This document shows positions 29,280-40,225 of a stretch of 64,000 nucleotides of DNA, piece by piece. Position 1 is the stretch's first letter. Every line of letters begins with the position of its first letter. The DNA is from Convolutriloba macropyga (lineage: Eukaryota): contig NC_134474.1 of the NCBI RefSeq assembly GCF_964194025.1, positions 29,450,001 to 29,514,000 of the forward strand, written 5' to 3'. A program made the translations under genes and the position numbers. The notes beneath the pieces are model-generated. The model had not been told where the DNA came from, searched no databases, and saw nothing but the letters and a program-made list of their open reading frames with translations.

Positions 29280-30719
29280 TATTTTCAAAGTCATAAAAGC
29301 CATCAGCTATCTACTATTATCAGAATAGTGGCGCATCAAGCCAATGAAACGGGGTCATTATACAGGAAACATCATACGACTAAAAGACTTAGATACGAGT
29401 AAAAACGACGGTTAAAGACAAAATTAAAAAATTCAATTCAATTCTTCGAGAAAATATTGTCGAAGCCGTCAAAACTAGAGTCTATATCCGCTAAGATTTT
29501 ATTATTAGCGGTTGTGTCTAATTTTGAACGCCAATAATCTGATATATGAACTGTCAATAGCGTGATAAGGTGACAAAACTAGAAAACGTCAAAAATGCGC
29601 AAATACCTGAAAAAAAAATGTGAAATCTAGTAGTATCAAAACCAGAAAACCATAACTAAAGGTGTTGAACCGCAATAACGACTAAATTTGAATTAAGTAG
29701 AAAGAGGAAACATTCTTTCATTGCTGACAATAAGCTAAAAGTTGACCAAATTAAGAGAAAAATTGAGGCAAACTTCAATAAGCCATTATTTATTTAAAAT
29801 CAAATAATTTTAAAAGTCAAAACGACCAAAAGCTTTCAAGTAATAAACTAGATACAATAATTTTGGGCCAATTAGGAAGCAGATTGAACCTATCACTAGT
29901 GAGCTTTGATTTGAAATGTTCTGTTAATTAATTAATATATAAATAAAGATCAAATTTTTTTATAAGAAAGACCGACTGATTACAATCCGAATTTTTTTTT
30001 GAACTATAACAGTCCAGGATTGTCCTAAAACTAGCTCTGCTAAAGCTGTTCGTCCATTAAGAACACTTAATTCTTCGAATGTTATACATATAAATATATT
30101 GTTAGTTAAAAATCAAAAATAAATGCTGTGTTTTTGATAATCAACGAGTAAAGTTAGCAAAAAACGGCAAAACTTTAATTACAGAGCTCTCGCAGCGGAG
30201 TTTGAAGTAGAAATAGCCCCCTTTTGAGTCTACAAAGATTGTGTTAATGGTGTTTGGGTGAGTACTTTCTGCAAATTTAATCAAAGTGGACCAAAGAACT
30301 AATTTTGTGCTGCTTTTGATAAAGAAGTCTGAATTTTGAAACATTTAGCCAGAATTTTTGACAAATAAAAATTAAAAAATTGCCAACAATATTTTTGTCG
30401 CTAAAAATAAGAACAACACTTCCTTTAAAAAATTAACAAATTTCAGCAAAATTAGCAAAATTTTAGTCAAAAACTCCGGAAAATGTGAAAAAAATCAACG
30501 GAATTCACTCTATTTTCTCAACAGTTTGAACCTCGATAACTCCTTGTAAAAAACGAAATTCAAAATCTTTTTAATTCCATATTCTACGCTGGACACTCTT
30601 TCTAATGATACCAATCTCAACTCTCCACGATGAATATATCGATCGGCCAAAATTGTCTGAACAAAAAAAAACCCATTTGAGTATATAGTTCCTCCCGACC
30701 TCAAGAGGGGTCGGAACAA
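29280..30719 (-). mobile_element. Helentron-type non-autonomous element, copy C (5' part)
   Basis: Collinear with 19270-21143 but with one copy of the internal duplication. 5' end on minus is TTGTTCCGACC-cctcttga-GGTCGG (hairpin). Confidence 0.7.
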
Positions 30720-31599
30720 AGATATTGCCTTACAATACAGAAGTGTTTTAGAGATTTCAAGAACAAAAAGCCCCCCAAGACACTGTAGAATTCTATTCAG
30801 AATCCAGTCAGGTTGAAACCATGGAGAAACAGTTGATAACTGGAAGCAACCCAACATTTAAGTGCCGCCACATGCTACACACAGAAATCCGTAACCGCAG
30901 GAGACTACACGACAGATTAAAGAATACTTGCTCGACTCCGTCCAGAAGCAAACTGCTAGAAGACTGCCCGCAAAATTTAACCGTGAAATCTAACAAATTT
31001 TTGGAATTGCTCAAACCCAGTTCTATTTCAAACAGATCGCCAATCTTCTTTCCAAACCTCAAATTCTCTTGCTGAAAGCTCTCTGAAAAAGAAGAGCGTT
31101 TAAAACAACACATTCATTCAAGTTTTGAAGTGTTTTTGTGTTCGGCATTAACACTCCTCCTCAGGTGGCAAGTGCCTCGATAAGAGGTGATGCCGCTGTT
31201 AAAAAGTATAATTTCTAAAATTCAGACTGATTTCTTCAGAAAATCCAATCTCAGTTCATATGGAGGTCATTCAAGCTATTTAATTGCTTTCATGCATAAA
31301 AGAACCACTTGTAAGTAAAGGTTCTCTATGAACGGATCTTCCTAGAGAAACGCCAATTAAAAAGCTGATACAAATTTTCCTTTTCCAACGCATAATAAAT
31401 ACGCATTTAAAATACTCCTTAGATTTAAAATAATCCTAAAACAATCCAACGAAGTAATTTTTCAAGTGCCGTGTGTAGAGCAGACTCAAATGTACCCCAA
31501 TGACACCTATTTTTCCTAACGCAGTGAAACAGAACAAAATAAGGATTAATTCATCTTGTATGTACAAGAACTATCGCACAATTCTGGATCCACCAGTCA

Positions 31600-31903
31600 C
31601 TATTGAGAAGCAGTCGCTAATCTATCATTTGCCACATTCAAGTCAATCAAGTTCTGATTCTGTCTGCTCAATTTCAGTTTCCTCAACTTCGCATACTGCT
31701 TTCTGAGACTGTCAATTTTGTTCTGGAGGGTGGCCACGTACACTATCTCTTCAACCGACTTCTGGTAGTAGTACTTGGCACTCTTGATACTGGAGGGAGT
31801 GGTGAGGGATATGGAGACACTTTGGGAGTTACTTCCTGGGATTAGAGAGTTTCCATTATTGCCATTTGAGGAAGACTTGTCCCATTCACACACTAGCTCA
31901 AGG
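31600..31903 (-). CDS. CCDC115: CCDC115/Vma22 V-ATPase assembly factor, coding exon 3 (terminal)
   Basis: Acceptor GTTTCAG, phase 2 compatible with exon 2. PSSIKSAKYYYQKSVEEIVYVATLQNKID resembles the CCDC115 C-terminal helix (P.SLR.AQ..F...L......SLQNRID). Confidence 0.75.
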
Positions 31904-32300
31904 CTGAAACAGCAGAACAGTACTGTACTGACAGCTGAGGAACATTTTCAAGAACTCTACAGCTCAACATCGTGTTTTAAAAGTAGTTGCATTTTGTTCT
32001 TTCTATTATGTAAAATTTTGGAATTTTTCAAGATATCAAAGTTAAAACGCATATTAGAAATCCATTTTCCACGTGCATCTGAAAATGGGAACACATCGCA
32101 GGTTTTCCGCAAACTTCCAGCCAAATGATTAGGACAATTTAAGAAGTCTTTCTCCAGCAGCTAAATTTGAAAAAAAAGATAAGTCTTGATCTACAGCGAA
32201 GTACTGGCCCAAAAACGTCAAGTAGATTATACTTCTGAATAATACAAGCCTTGATGAGATGATTCCTGCTTGAATGAAGACCAGCATTAGAGTCACTTAC

Positions 32301-32431
32301 TGTCCGATGTCTTGAGAGTCAGATTTGTCTTCAATGTCACTGCAGTTGTCTCCGTCTACTGATCCTCCTCCTCCACTTGCTACTCTTTCAACGCTGTCCA
32401 CACTTACGGGCGAGTCGCCACTGATCGATAC
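32301..32431 (-). CDS. CCDC115: CCDC115 coding exon 2 (acidic/Gly-Ser linker)
   Basis: AG acceptor at 32433-32432 and GTAAGT donor at 32300. The 131 nt are open in frame (VSISGDSPV...DSQDIG) and the phases join exons 1 and 3 into a ~235-aa protein. Confidence 0.7.
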
Positions 32432-32721
32432 CTAATCACATCAGATATTCACATTTAATTCTCACTTCATAGCCGCAAGATTTTTTTCATAAATATTTTG
32501 GCTCCGACAATGTGCATCTCGAAGACTTTAAGTAACAACTGCAACCTTAAGAGCACGTTTGAACAGCAACGTTTTGATTGCAGGATGCTCATTTATTACT
32601 TTTAGCATGATTAAAAATTGAGAAAAAAAACTGTTCAAGGAGACATCAAAGGCACGTGATGATTCACTATGCAAAAAAAATAACCAGTTATTGTTTATTT
32701 TTAAGACAAAAAAGTATCTAC

Positions 32722-32994
32722 TTGAGAGAAATGCGAGGAAACTGAAGAAATATCAGGTAGCACAGTGACAGATGGTGTCAATGATGGGCTAAATTGGAGC
32801 ATGGACAAAGCCAGAGCTGCGGAATGTGAGGTTGAGGAATTCGACAACTGAGTCCTGGCCAAGTGGATTGAACTTTCAGCCAAGAGGTCATCCAGAACAG
32901 TTCTCCTATTCATCAGTTCTTCGCACACTTCCAAGAACTCAATAGCGATGCTGTCCAAAATTTCATCTAAACTACTCATGACTCCCGATTGCAT
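32722..32994 (-). CDS. CCDC115: CCDC115/Vma22 coding exon 1
   Basis: LDEILDSIAIEFLEVCEELMNRRTVLDDLLAESSIHLARTQ...LQF aligns by eye to the CCDC115 N-terminus (LDSLVLQLL..LEEL..KR..L......WLSLAKARY...LQY). Phase-0 GT donor at 32721. Confidence 0.8.
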
Positions 32995-34204
32995 CCAGGG
33001 TCTGAAAGGTCACATAAGTTATTTCAATGGGCTACTTTAAAATTTCGAACCCACTGTTGTAGGCACCACCAACATGAACCATAGATAATGTTAAAAAGAG
33101 CAGCTGGTTCGCATTATTGACTATAATTATGAAAGTTGACAAAATTCGAGTTTTAACAAGACTGCCAAGTTTCTGAGTAAGTTATCCTGTGTTAAGGAAG
33201 TAGGCAGCAACAGTACTATCAATGAATGAAGCCTTAGAAACTTTAGTAGCTTGAATATAGATTTTCACTACGGATATTATTATTTAATAAAAGTTGCTGC
33301 TTGTAAACCTCGAAAGTTGTAAATAAATTCTCGATTAAGAGTCATAATCCATACACTAAGAAAACTCGAATAGCCGAAACGCTTGATTGCTGGCCTGAAA
33401 ATCTCGGCTTTTGATAAGATTGTTTAGCGGCCGTACTACACATTGTGAGAACGTTTACGCTTTTAACCTACCTACTTAACAAACATCTGCTGCAATCATT
33501 GAAATCTTCAGCGACTACTTGAATTACCAGAATTGAAACCAATGTCATCGAAATGCTAACACTTACCACTAAAATCGTCAAACGATGCCATTAAAAGACG
33601 AGCATGCAGCTAAAGTAAAAGACTTAGAAAGCCACCAAAATTGAGAGAGGCAAAAAACAGTAGACGAGCTTCAGAAAACAAGATCAAATTCGGCGACAAA
33701 ATTTGTTGACAAAAATGCAAAAAAAAGTAAAACTTAATTTTACGCTGTCCATTTGTTGCAAAACTCTTCATTCGCCATTAGAAAAAGGAGTAGCATCACC
33801 TAATAGACATTCTCAAAATAATAGAACTCATAACGACTATCTCAAAAAGCTGACAGATTGTGAGAAAATGCCTGCGATTTCAGCATGGAACTGATGTCTC
33901 AAAAGGCCAACAAAAATAAGACCAAATGTTAGTCTTTTTATCATCCTGTCATGTTCAAAGAAAATGGCACAGAATTGGTCTCATTTATGAATTGTTTCTA
34001 AAAGCGTTCCATAAATAACCTACAAATGGAGTAAAAATTTCTTTAGTTAACCTTAAACTTATTAATTTAAACTTAATAAACAGCATTTTTCAAGTGAACT
34101 GGATTTCGTAAGGCGTGGAAGGCCCTCATGGGAGGGATTTTAGAAACCTTATTAATGAGATATCGTACTTTGAAAACTTCAATTGCTGAACCCAAAATCT
34201 AAGA

Positions 34205-34380
34205 TTAGAAAAGCCATAGGTTCCTTCCATCAGGAGTCTGCAACCTTATCATTTCTCGTTCTTCTGTGGTTAGATAAGCCATAGGCTCCTTCCCTCAGGA
34301 GACCGCGGCCTTTTCATTTCTCGTTTTTCTGTGGTTAGATACGCCATAGTCTCCTTCCCTCAGGAGACCGCGGCCTTATC
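34205..34380. repeat. 65-bp tandem repeat, ~2.7 copies
   Basis: GCCATAG recurs at ~34213, 34278 and 34343. Confidence 0.9.
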
Positions 34381-34399
34381 TAATCCAGAATATAATTCA

Positions 34400-36380
34400 A
34401 AGAGTACCAGATTACCAGAATTGAATTCAAAGAGTACTAGGCACAGATACGAGCATCACTTGAAAGAATCGCATAGACGTCCACTGCAATGTCACTGATA
34501 TCAAACGGCTAGGTAAATATTATGAAGGCAGGCATCGAACCCTAGTGGTATAGATAGCGAAGATGCAAAGAGACTTATTCGGCTGTCCCTATGACAACTG
34601 AAAGACAGGCAAGCCAGTATTTATTAGCAGAGCTTACTCAAGAAGAGCAAACAAGAGAAGAAATGCTAAAAATAAGGCTAAACAATCAAGGTACAAGTGC
34701 TATAATTCTGAGGATAAGGAACATTTTTCTCTAGAAACAGATAGACAAGACGTGAGACGACCTAAAGTCAAAGTAATATGAAAATGAGAGTCATAAGAGA
34801 CTGACTATTAAAATAAAACAATATTAAAATTCTAACTTTCAATGTAAGAAGCCTAGCAGACCTCAAACGCAGGACGATCTTTGTAAATTGTCTGTCAATA
34901 GAAATCATAGATATTTTGTGCCTTACTCAAACATGGTACCAGACGACATACCCAATGAGTGTCCATTACTTGAAGACTTAGCCATCCATCGAAATGGTCG
35001 AAAAACTGATACACACAGAACAAAGCAAGGAAGAATTCTCATTGCAGTTAGAGACACGAAAGAGTTGAACTTATGAACACAAATGAATATAATGTCAAAA
35101 TACTACCAAAAACAATAATCCTAACATGGTGTTGTCACAACTTGCCAAAAACGACCTCATATAGGTGGCCTTACTTTGAAATGTCTTTGCTTCAATCAGC
35201 TTACTTTGTATGTCTAAGGCTTTAGAAAAGTTATTTATTGCAAATTACGAAATTGTTAATCCATCTCGCGAAAATTCTCAGCATGAATTTATGAGACTCA
35301 GATTTGAGGCAACAAAGCTACTGATTCTCAAAATTCTAAACAATGAACTTGATGAAAAAATCAATTAATTTAGCTCCCCTTAGATTTTAAAAGCCGTCGT
35401 CGTACCACGGGATAAATTAATCGCAAAACTTGAAAAGCTGCAGATTGGTGATAACTTCCTGAGAATAATAGCAAGCTATATCCTTCAAATAAAACAATAT
35501 GTTAAATATAAGTCAGTCCGAAATTGTCCCAGTTACAAGTGGTGACCAGCAAGGATCAGTATTAGGTCTAGAAATGCTCATAACTATAAGTTAGTAACAA
35601 TACAGCCAACAGATATGGAATCAGATCTTGAAGCCATAGAAAGCTGGTGTGAAGAAAGTGAAACGAAACAATGAAGAAAAATGCTACATTTTACCAGGAA
35701 AACAACATTAGAACCTCAACCATCAATTTGATCTGAATTCAAAATTCCTCGAGAGCAAACATGAATAAAAAGAACTGGCGCGACAATGTCTACCAAAGTC
35801 TCCTGAAATCAAATAGCCGAAAGCGTTGTCAAAAAGCTTCAAAAGCGTTCTAATTTAAAAATAACGTTTCTGTTTTAGCTAATATTAGAACAAAATTTAA
35901 TATCTAAGTGAGATATTTCATAACAGTTATAAGCTATGCCTCAATGGTTTGGTTTGTAAATAAAACTGAATGCAAAGAAATAGAACTTATCCAAAAGAAA
36001 GCCACAACATGGGTTTTAAGTAGCTGAGAAGTGAATTACAAGAGGCTATAAGAACAAGCCATTGCCATTGTCGTACTACTTCGCAATCCAAAACCTACTA
36101 ACGCTTATAACCATATGGCAGGGAAATTACAACAACGACCTGCCAATTAAGTTGAATGAAAATGCAATGAATACACGACAAAATGAGGCCATATCAATCA
36201 AAAACTCTCGCACAAAAAACCGATGAGAATTTTTGAGTCGGATCCAGAAAACTACTAAATATTATCGAGAAATACTCACATATTGAACTAAAGGAAAACG
36301 ATAAAGTTCTCAACAGTTTACTGGAATTACTTCGCAAATTGCAAATCTGACGTCAACTCCTGTTCCTGGACGTTGCTCTC
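34400..36380 (+). mobile_element. Heavily decayed CR1-group LINE (ORF1, endonuclease, RT)
   Basis: ORF1 motif IKRLGKYYEGRHRTLVV (~34495); APE start ILTFNVRSL (~34830); RT LDFK...DKLIAKL (~35380) and VTSGDQQGSVLG (~35530). Many stops and deletions. A coiled-coil ORF1-like piece at ~33480-33700 may belong to it. Confidence 0.75.
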
Positions 36381-37009
36381 CACTCTACCCTTCAATGACG
36401 GGTATTCCCCCTTGTGTGAATGACACAAGCCTAAGCTCCGAAATTTATTCAAACCAATTGAACAAAGATTTCACTCAAATAATAATAGTCGTCACACTAA
36501 CAACTCACAAATATGCACGAATGAATGAACAGACGCACATTTGAATTGAGAATGACGTCACAAATATCTTGATAAAATACTAAAACGGCACGTAAAGTCC
36601 TGCATAAGGATGCAACGGGTTTTCATTGTCAGCTAGGTCTGAGATTTCCGAGGAATTCGCTTGCAACCACTCACTTTTGCCGCTATTACTACTTCGGTGT
36701 GAATAAGATGACTTCTTCGATTTGACTTTTTACTGAATTCAGCAATCGAGAAAGGGGTGACGAATTCAAAAAAACCTCAATTCAATTGAAATGCTTCAAA
36801 TTGTGCCAAGAGATTCCGTTCGGCCGCTATTCAAACGCTATCAAAACAAGTAGAACGCACTGTTCCGCACTCAAATTGGGCAGCTAAACCAAAGATGACA
36901 AAAAATGAACTGAGAATAAACATAAACCGACTAATGTCGGAAGAGTTGCTTTGGAACGACAGGCGCAGCCATCTAATTCAGAAGCTGTAGCCTAGATAAA
37001 TTTTTCTTT

Positions 37010-37101
37010 ATGGGTAGGGAGAACAGTTGACCACGCCGGAATTCGATTCACGGACCTCCCGATCCCTCACCAGAAGCACTGCCCACTCAGCTATCAGTCC
37101 C
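37010..37101 (-). mobile_element. tRNA-derived SINE head / tRNA pseudogene
   Basis: Minus strand GGGACTGATAGCTGAGTGG (A box) ... GAATCGAATTCC (degenerate B box) with tRNA-like spacing. The acceptor stem does not pair. Confidence 0.6.
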
Positions 37102-37869
37102 TTCTTATTCCTATGCGGCAATCGTTTTTATTTTAGCAACAAGCTTTACTTCGGAGTGAGAACGATAGAGATCACTCAAAAATGAAGAACGAAAGCGTGA
37201 AGAAGTCACTTGAGAGGTCAAAGAATGTTCTAGAACAAAAGCGTAAAAACGGTCAAATGAAAAATTTGCATAAAAAGACCAACACTTACAATAATTGCTA
37301 TGAACTTCGCAGATATTTTAAAAAAAAAATCAATTGTAAGTCACAACTGTAAAGACACTTAAAAATATTTTTTTCTATTGCAAAAGAAATAAAATGGGAG
37401 ATACTAGTTTTCTTACCAATTTGAGGCATGGTCGAACAATTGCTTTATCTACTTACTAATCATTCCAATTGCAGTTTTGAACATGTTCTCAACAGTTACA
37501 GCAACAGTAGAGATCTCAGAACAATATAATTAAAACACAAGTAAAACAGCAGGCAGATTGCCAGAAAATAGCCGCACTAGCTTCGTAAATCTGCAGTCTC
37601 AAAAAAAAACAGAAAAAAAGACAGACCAAAAAAAATCGTCTTTTCATTGAAGGCTGATATGTTATGTTTTGATTAAAAATCTGTATAAGTTTTTACTGCC
37701 TCTATTAGCTGCTCTCCAACGACCTTCATTTAGAGTGACACATACCCATTTGACCTTATCTCTTTGAATTAAAGTAAATAAAAGTCAATTTCAAAGTGAG
37801 GAAGTCAATTTTGTGAGTGAGGTAAGTCAAATGTGATCAAAAATTTAATCAAGCAAATGAACAAAAAAA

Positions 37870-38050
37870 CTCGCTCCACCAAGAGCGAAAAATGACGTCA
37901 CGCGAGCTTTTCAGTTGAAATTGCATGAACGAATGAACAAAAAGCAGATTTGAAGTGGTTGTGACGTCATATGGTCGTAACAAAAACCGGGACGCGACGA
38001 AATAAAAAACATAGCCGGAAGAATTCCGGAAGCGACTCGCAGCGTCAAAA
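37870..38050. promoter_or_regulatory. CpG-rich housekeeping-type promoter candidate
   Basis: TGACGTCA (CRE) at 37893 and 37962, CCGGAAG (ETS) at 38015 and 38026, and a local CpG cluster in AT-rich DNA. Confidence 0.5.
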
Positions 38051-38519
38051 ATTCACTAACAAAACCGTAATTGCAGCGTAAGCCACTACCTTTTGTTTTA
38101 AACCATTAACTACTTCTCCAGGTCTGCTCTAAAAATTGATGAAACTTAAACCCCTGTCAACAAGAGAAACAAAATGCAGCAAAATTTTATATTATTGAAA
38201 ACGTTTGGTAACGTTTAAAAATCCAAAATAATTAATGTGGTCAAAAACCTGATAGTCTGATAAGCTGACAAAGTTATCAATAGCCCTCAAATAATTCACG
38301 ATTCTAATCTGAAAAAGATCGCGAAAGCAAAGGGCAGATAATAATCTTAGAAACTAAGTTAAATCTTTTCAGAAAAGAAAGCTCAAATTTAAGAAACGGA
38401 AAACACCTATAATTACACTTCCAATCACTGCGATTAGGACAAAAAACAATAAACACTTGTTCCTTGTTGTATATATGATAGACTAAATTCATACTAAATC
38501 AAAAATAAAATTGATCATA

Positions 38520-39490
38520 GAAAAGACATAAGCAGCAGAAGAATATTCAAAGGCAAAAAATCGTTGAAATTAATACCAAGGCCTGAAGAAAGCTGCCGTA
38601 AAAAGTCATAAGTGGAAATTTTGGAAAAAGCTCGCTATCAAACTCTCAGTACTGCCTTATGTTGAGTGAAATCAATTGCAAACCAAAGAAATGACGAAAA
38701 TCTAAGAAAAAGCTGAAATCATTCATTTTTTACAACTGAAAAAATCAATATACCGAAAATAAATGTAGGTTCCAGGACAAAACTAGAATGATGCTAACTA
38801 GAATGTGAAGAATATGGGCACAATGTAAGGAGCACCGTAACCAATCAATTTAAAAAATTCAAGAAAAACATACATTTCATTGTTCAGCATTCGACATAGA
38901 AAAGATAACTAGTCATCCGATACAAAGATCTATCCTCCTGAAGAGAACAAAAAAATAGGAAAAAGCAGAATTCATAGATACGAAACACTGAAATATTTTA
39001 CAAAAAAACATGGTCAAAGAACTTTTAAGTTAAGACTGCATTTATGAAAAAGTTTTAACTGCCTTGTCAAATTTAACGCCAAGAAATGATTGAATTTTTA
39101 TTGAAACGAAATTAAAGTCCCTCATGTTGCACAAAACTATTTCTAGCAATTACAACCAAAATACAAACAAAAAACTGACGAAAATCGGAAAAAACTACCA
39201 AAATCGGACTAGCATATGTACAATTTTATGAAACAAAATTACATCGGGGTAGAAAGAGGCGTTTAGTATATGAATTATCAAAAAGAAGTTGCCATATTAA
39301 CTGATTTTTGAAAAAAAAAAGACGGTTAAAAGATCCGAAAATGAAGAAATTAATGAAAAAAGCCAAAAGTTAACTAAAAGATCAAGAATTATGTGCCAAT
39401 TTTCAACTTGAAACGCATTTTCAGGCTATGCAAAACACTGCGGCATCAATTTCCGAGGTTGACATTTCAATATAGTATCGAATAAAATTT
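38520..39490 (+). mobile_element. Possible very old LINE 3' remnant
   Basis: A-rich strand bias, weak resemblance to the C-terminus of the 34.4-36.4 kb LINE, and AATAAA at the end. No clear RT motif. Confidence 0.25.
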
Positions 39491-40009
39491 ATTTCTACAA
39501 GAAACCAAATTAAAAGCAAAAAAATTGGGCAACTTAGACGAAAAAACGGTTATCTATATGTGCAATTCAGTCAAAAACTACTTTTCAAAGTCAAAAAGTC
39601 ATTCACTAAACGCAGCGCATGATCAAAAAACTTCTCTCGCTTAGCGAAAATCTGTTCACCAAGACAGGTTTTCTCACTTTCGCTTTTAGCTGAAAATGCC
39701 GCGTGAACAATTCTACTTCCTGTAAAAAAAAAACAAGAGAAAACCAATACTCCTCTTGGAGTCGTAAAAAAAACCAAGAGAAGGCCAATAATAGCCCCAG
39801 CTATCGTTGTGCGGCTATTAATAAATGTTGCCCTGATTATTTGGATTTAACTTATTATACTGAAGTAAATGTAAAACAGCAATCGTTTTAAGGACCTTTT
39901 ATTAAAAAATAAATCAGCTGTGCGCAAAACTACACTACAATTAAGAACAAATACCTGTGACAAATATCACAAAATAGTCCAAAATGATTTTTTGTAGCTC
40001 AATATAGCC

Positions 40010-40225
40010 TCAACTGGGAGACTCTTCAGCTTTAATCTTTGCAGCTTCGGCCCTGAGAGTGGTAACAACTGATGCGAGAGCTTCCGGATTCATTCCCATT
40101 TCTAACAGCTGTGTACAAATAATAAGTGTCTCTTTGTCCAGGCCAGTGTTGAGTAATCTAGACATCTCCATGAGAATATCAATGGCCTCTTTGGCTGCTG
40201 CTGAGGTTCCGAACTCACTCGTCAT
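40010..40225 (-). CDS. MZT1: Mitotic spindle organizing protein 1 (MOZART1), gamma-tubulin ring complex subunit
   Basis: 71 aa with the MOZART1 signature DILMEMSRLLNTGLDKETLIICTQLLEMGMNPEALASVV. Intronless. AATAAA on minus at 39898-39903. Confidence 0.95.
   Translation of the reverse strand: MTSEFGTSAAAKEAIDILMEMSRLLNTGLDKETLIICTQLLEMGMNPEALASVVTTLRAEAAKIKAEESPS

Noticed and set aside
32701-32721. Single-exon 97-aa reading of the CCDC115 ORF
   Set aside because: The tail VDTFLS is intron read-through; two phase-compatible downstream exons supply the C-terminal helix.
37010-37101. Functional tRNA gene
   Set aside because: A and B boxes are present but the acceptor and anticodon stems do not pair; treated as a SINE head.
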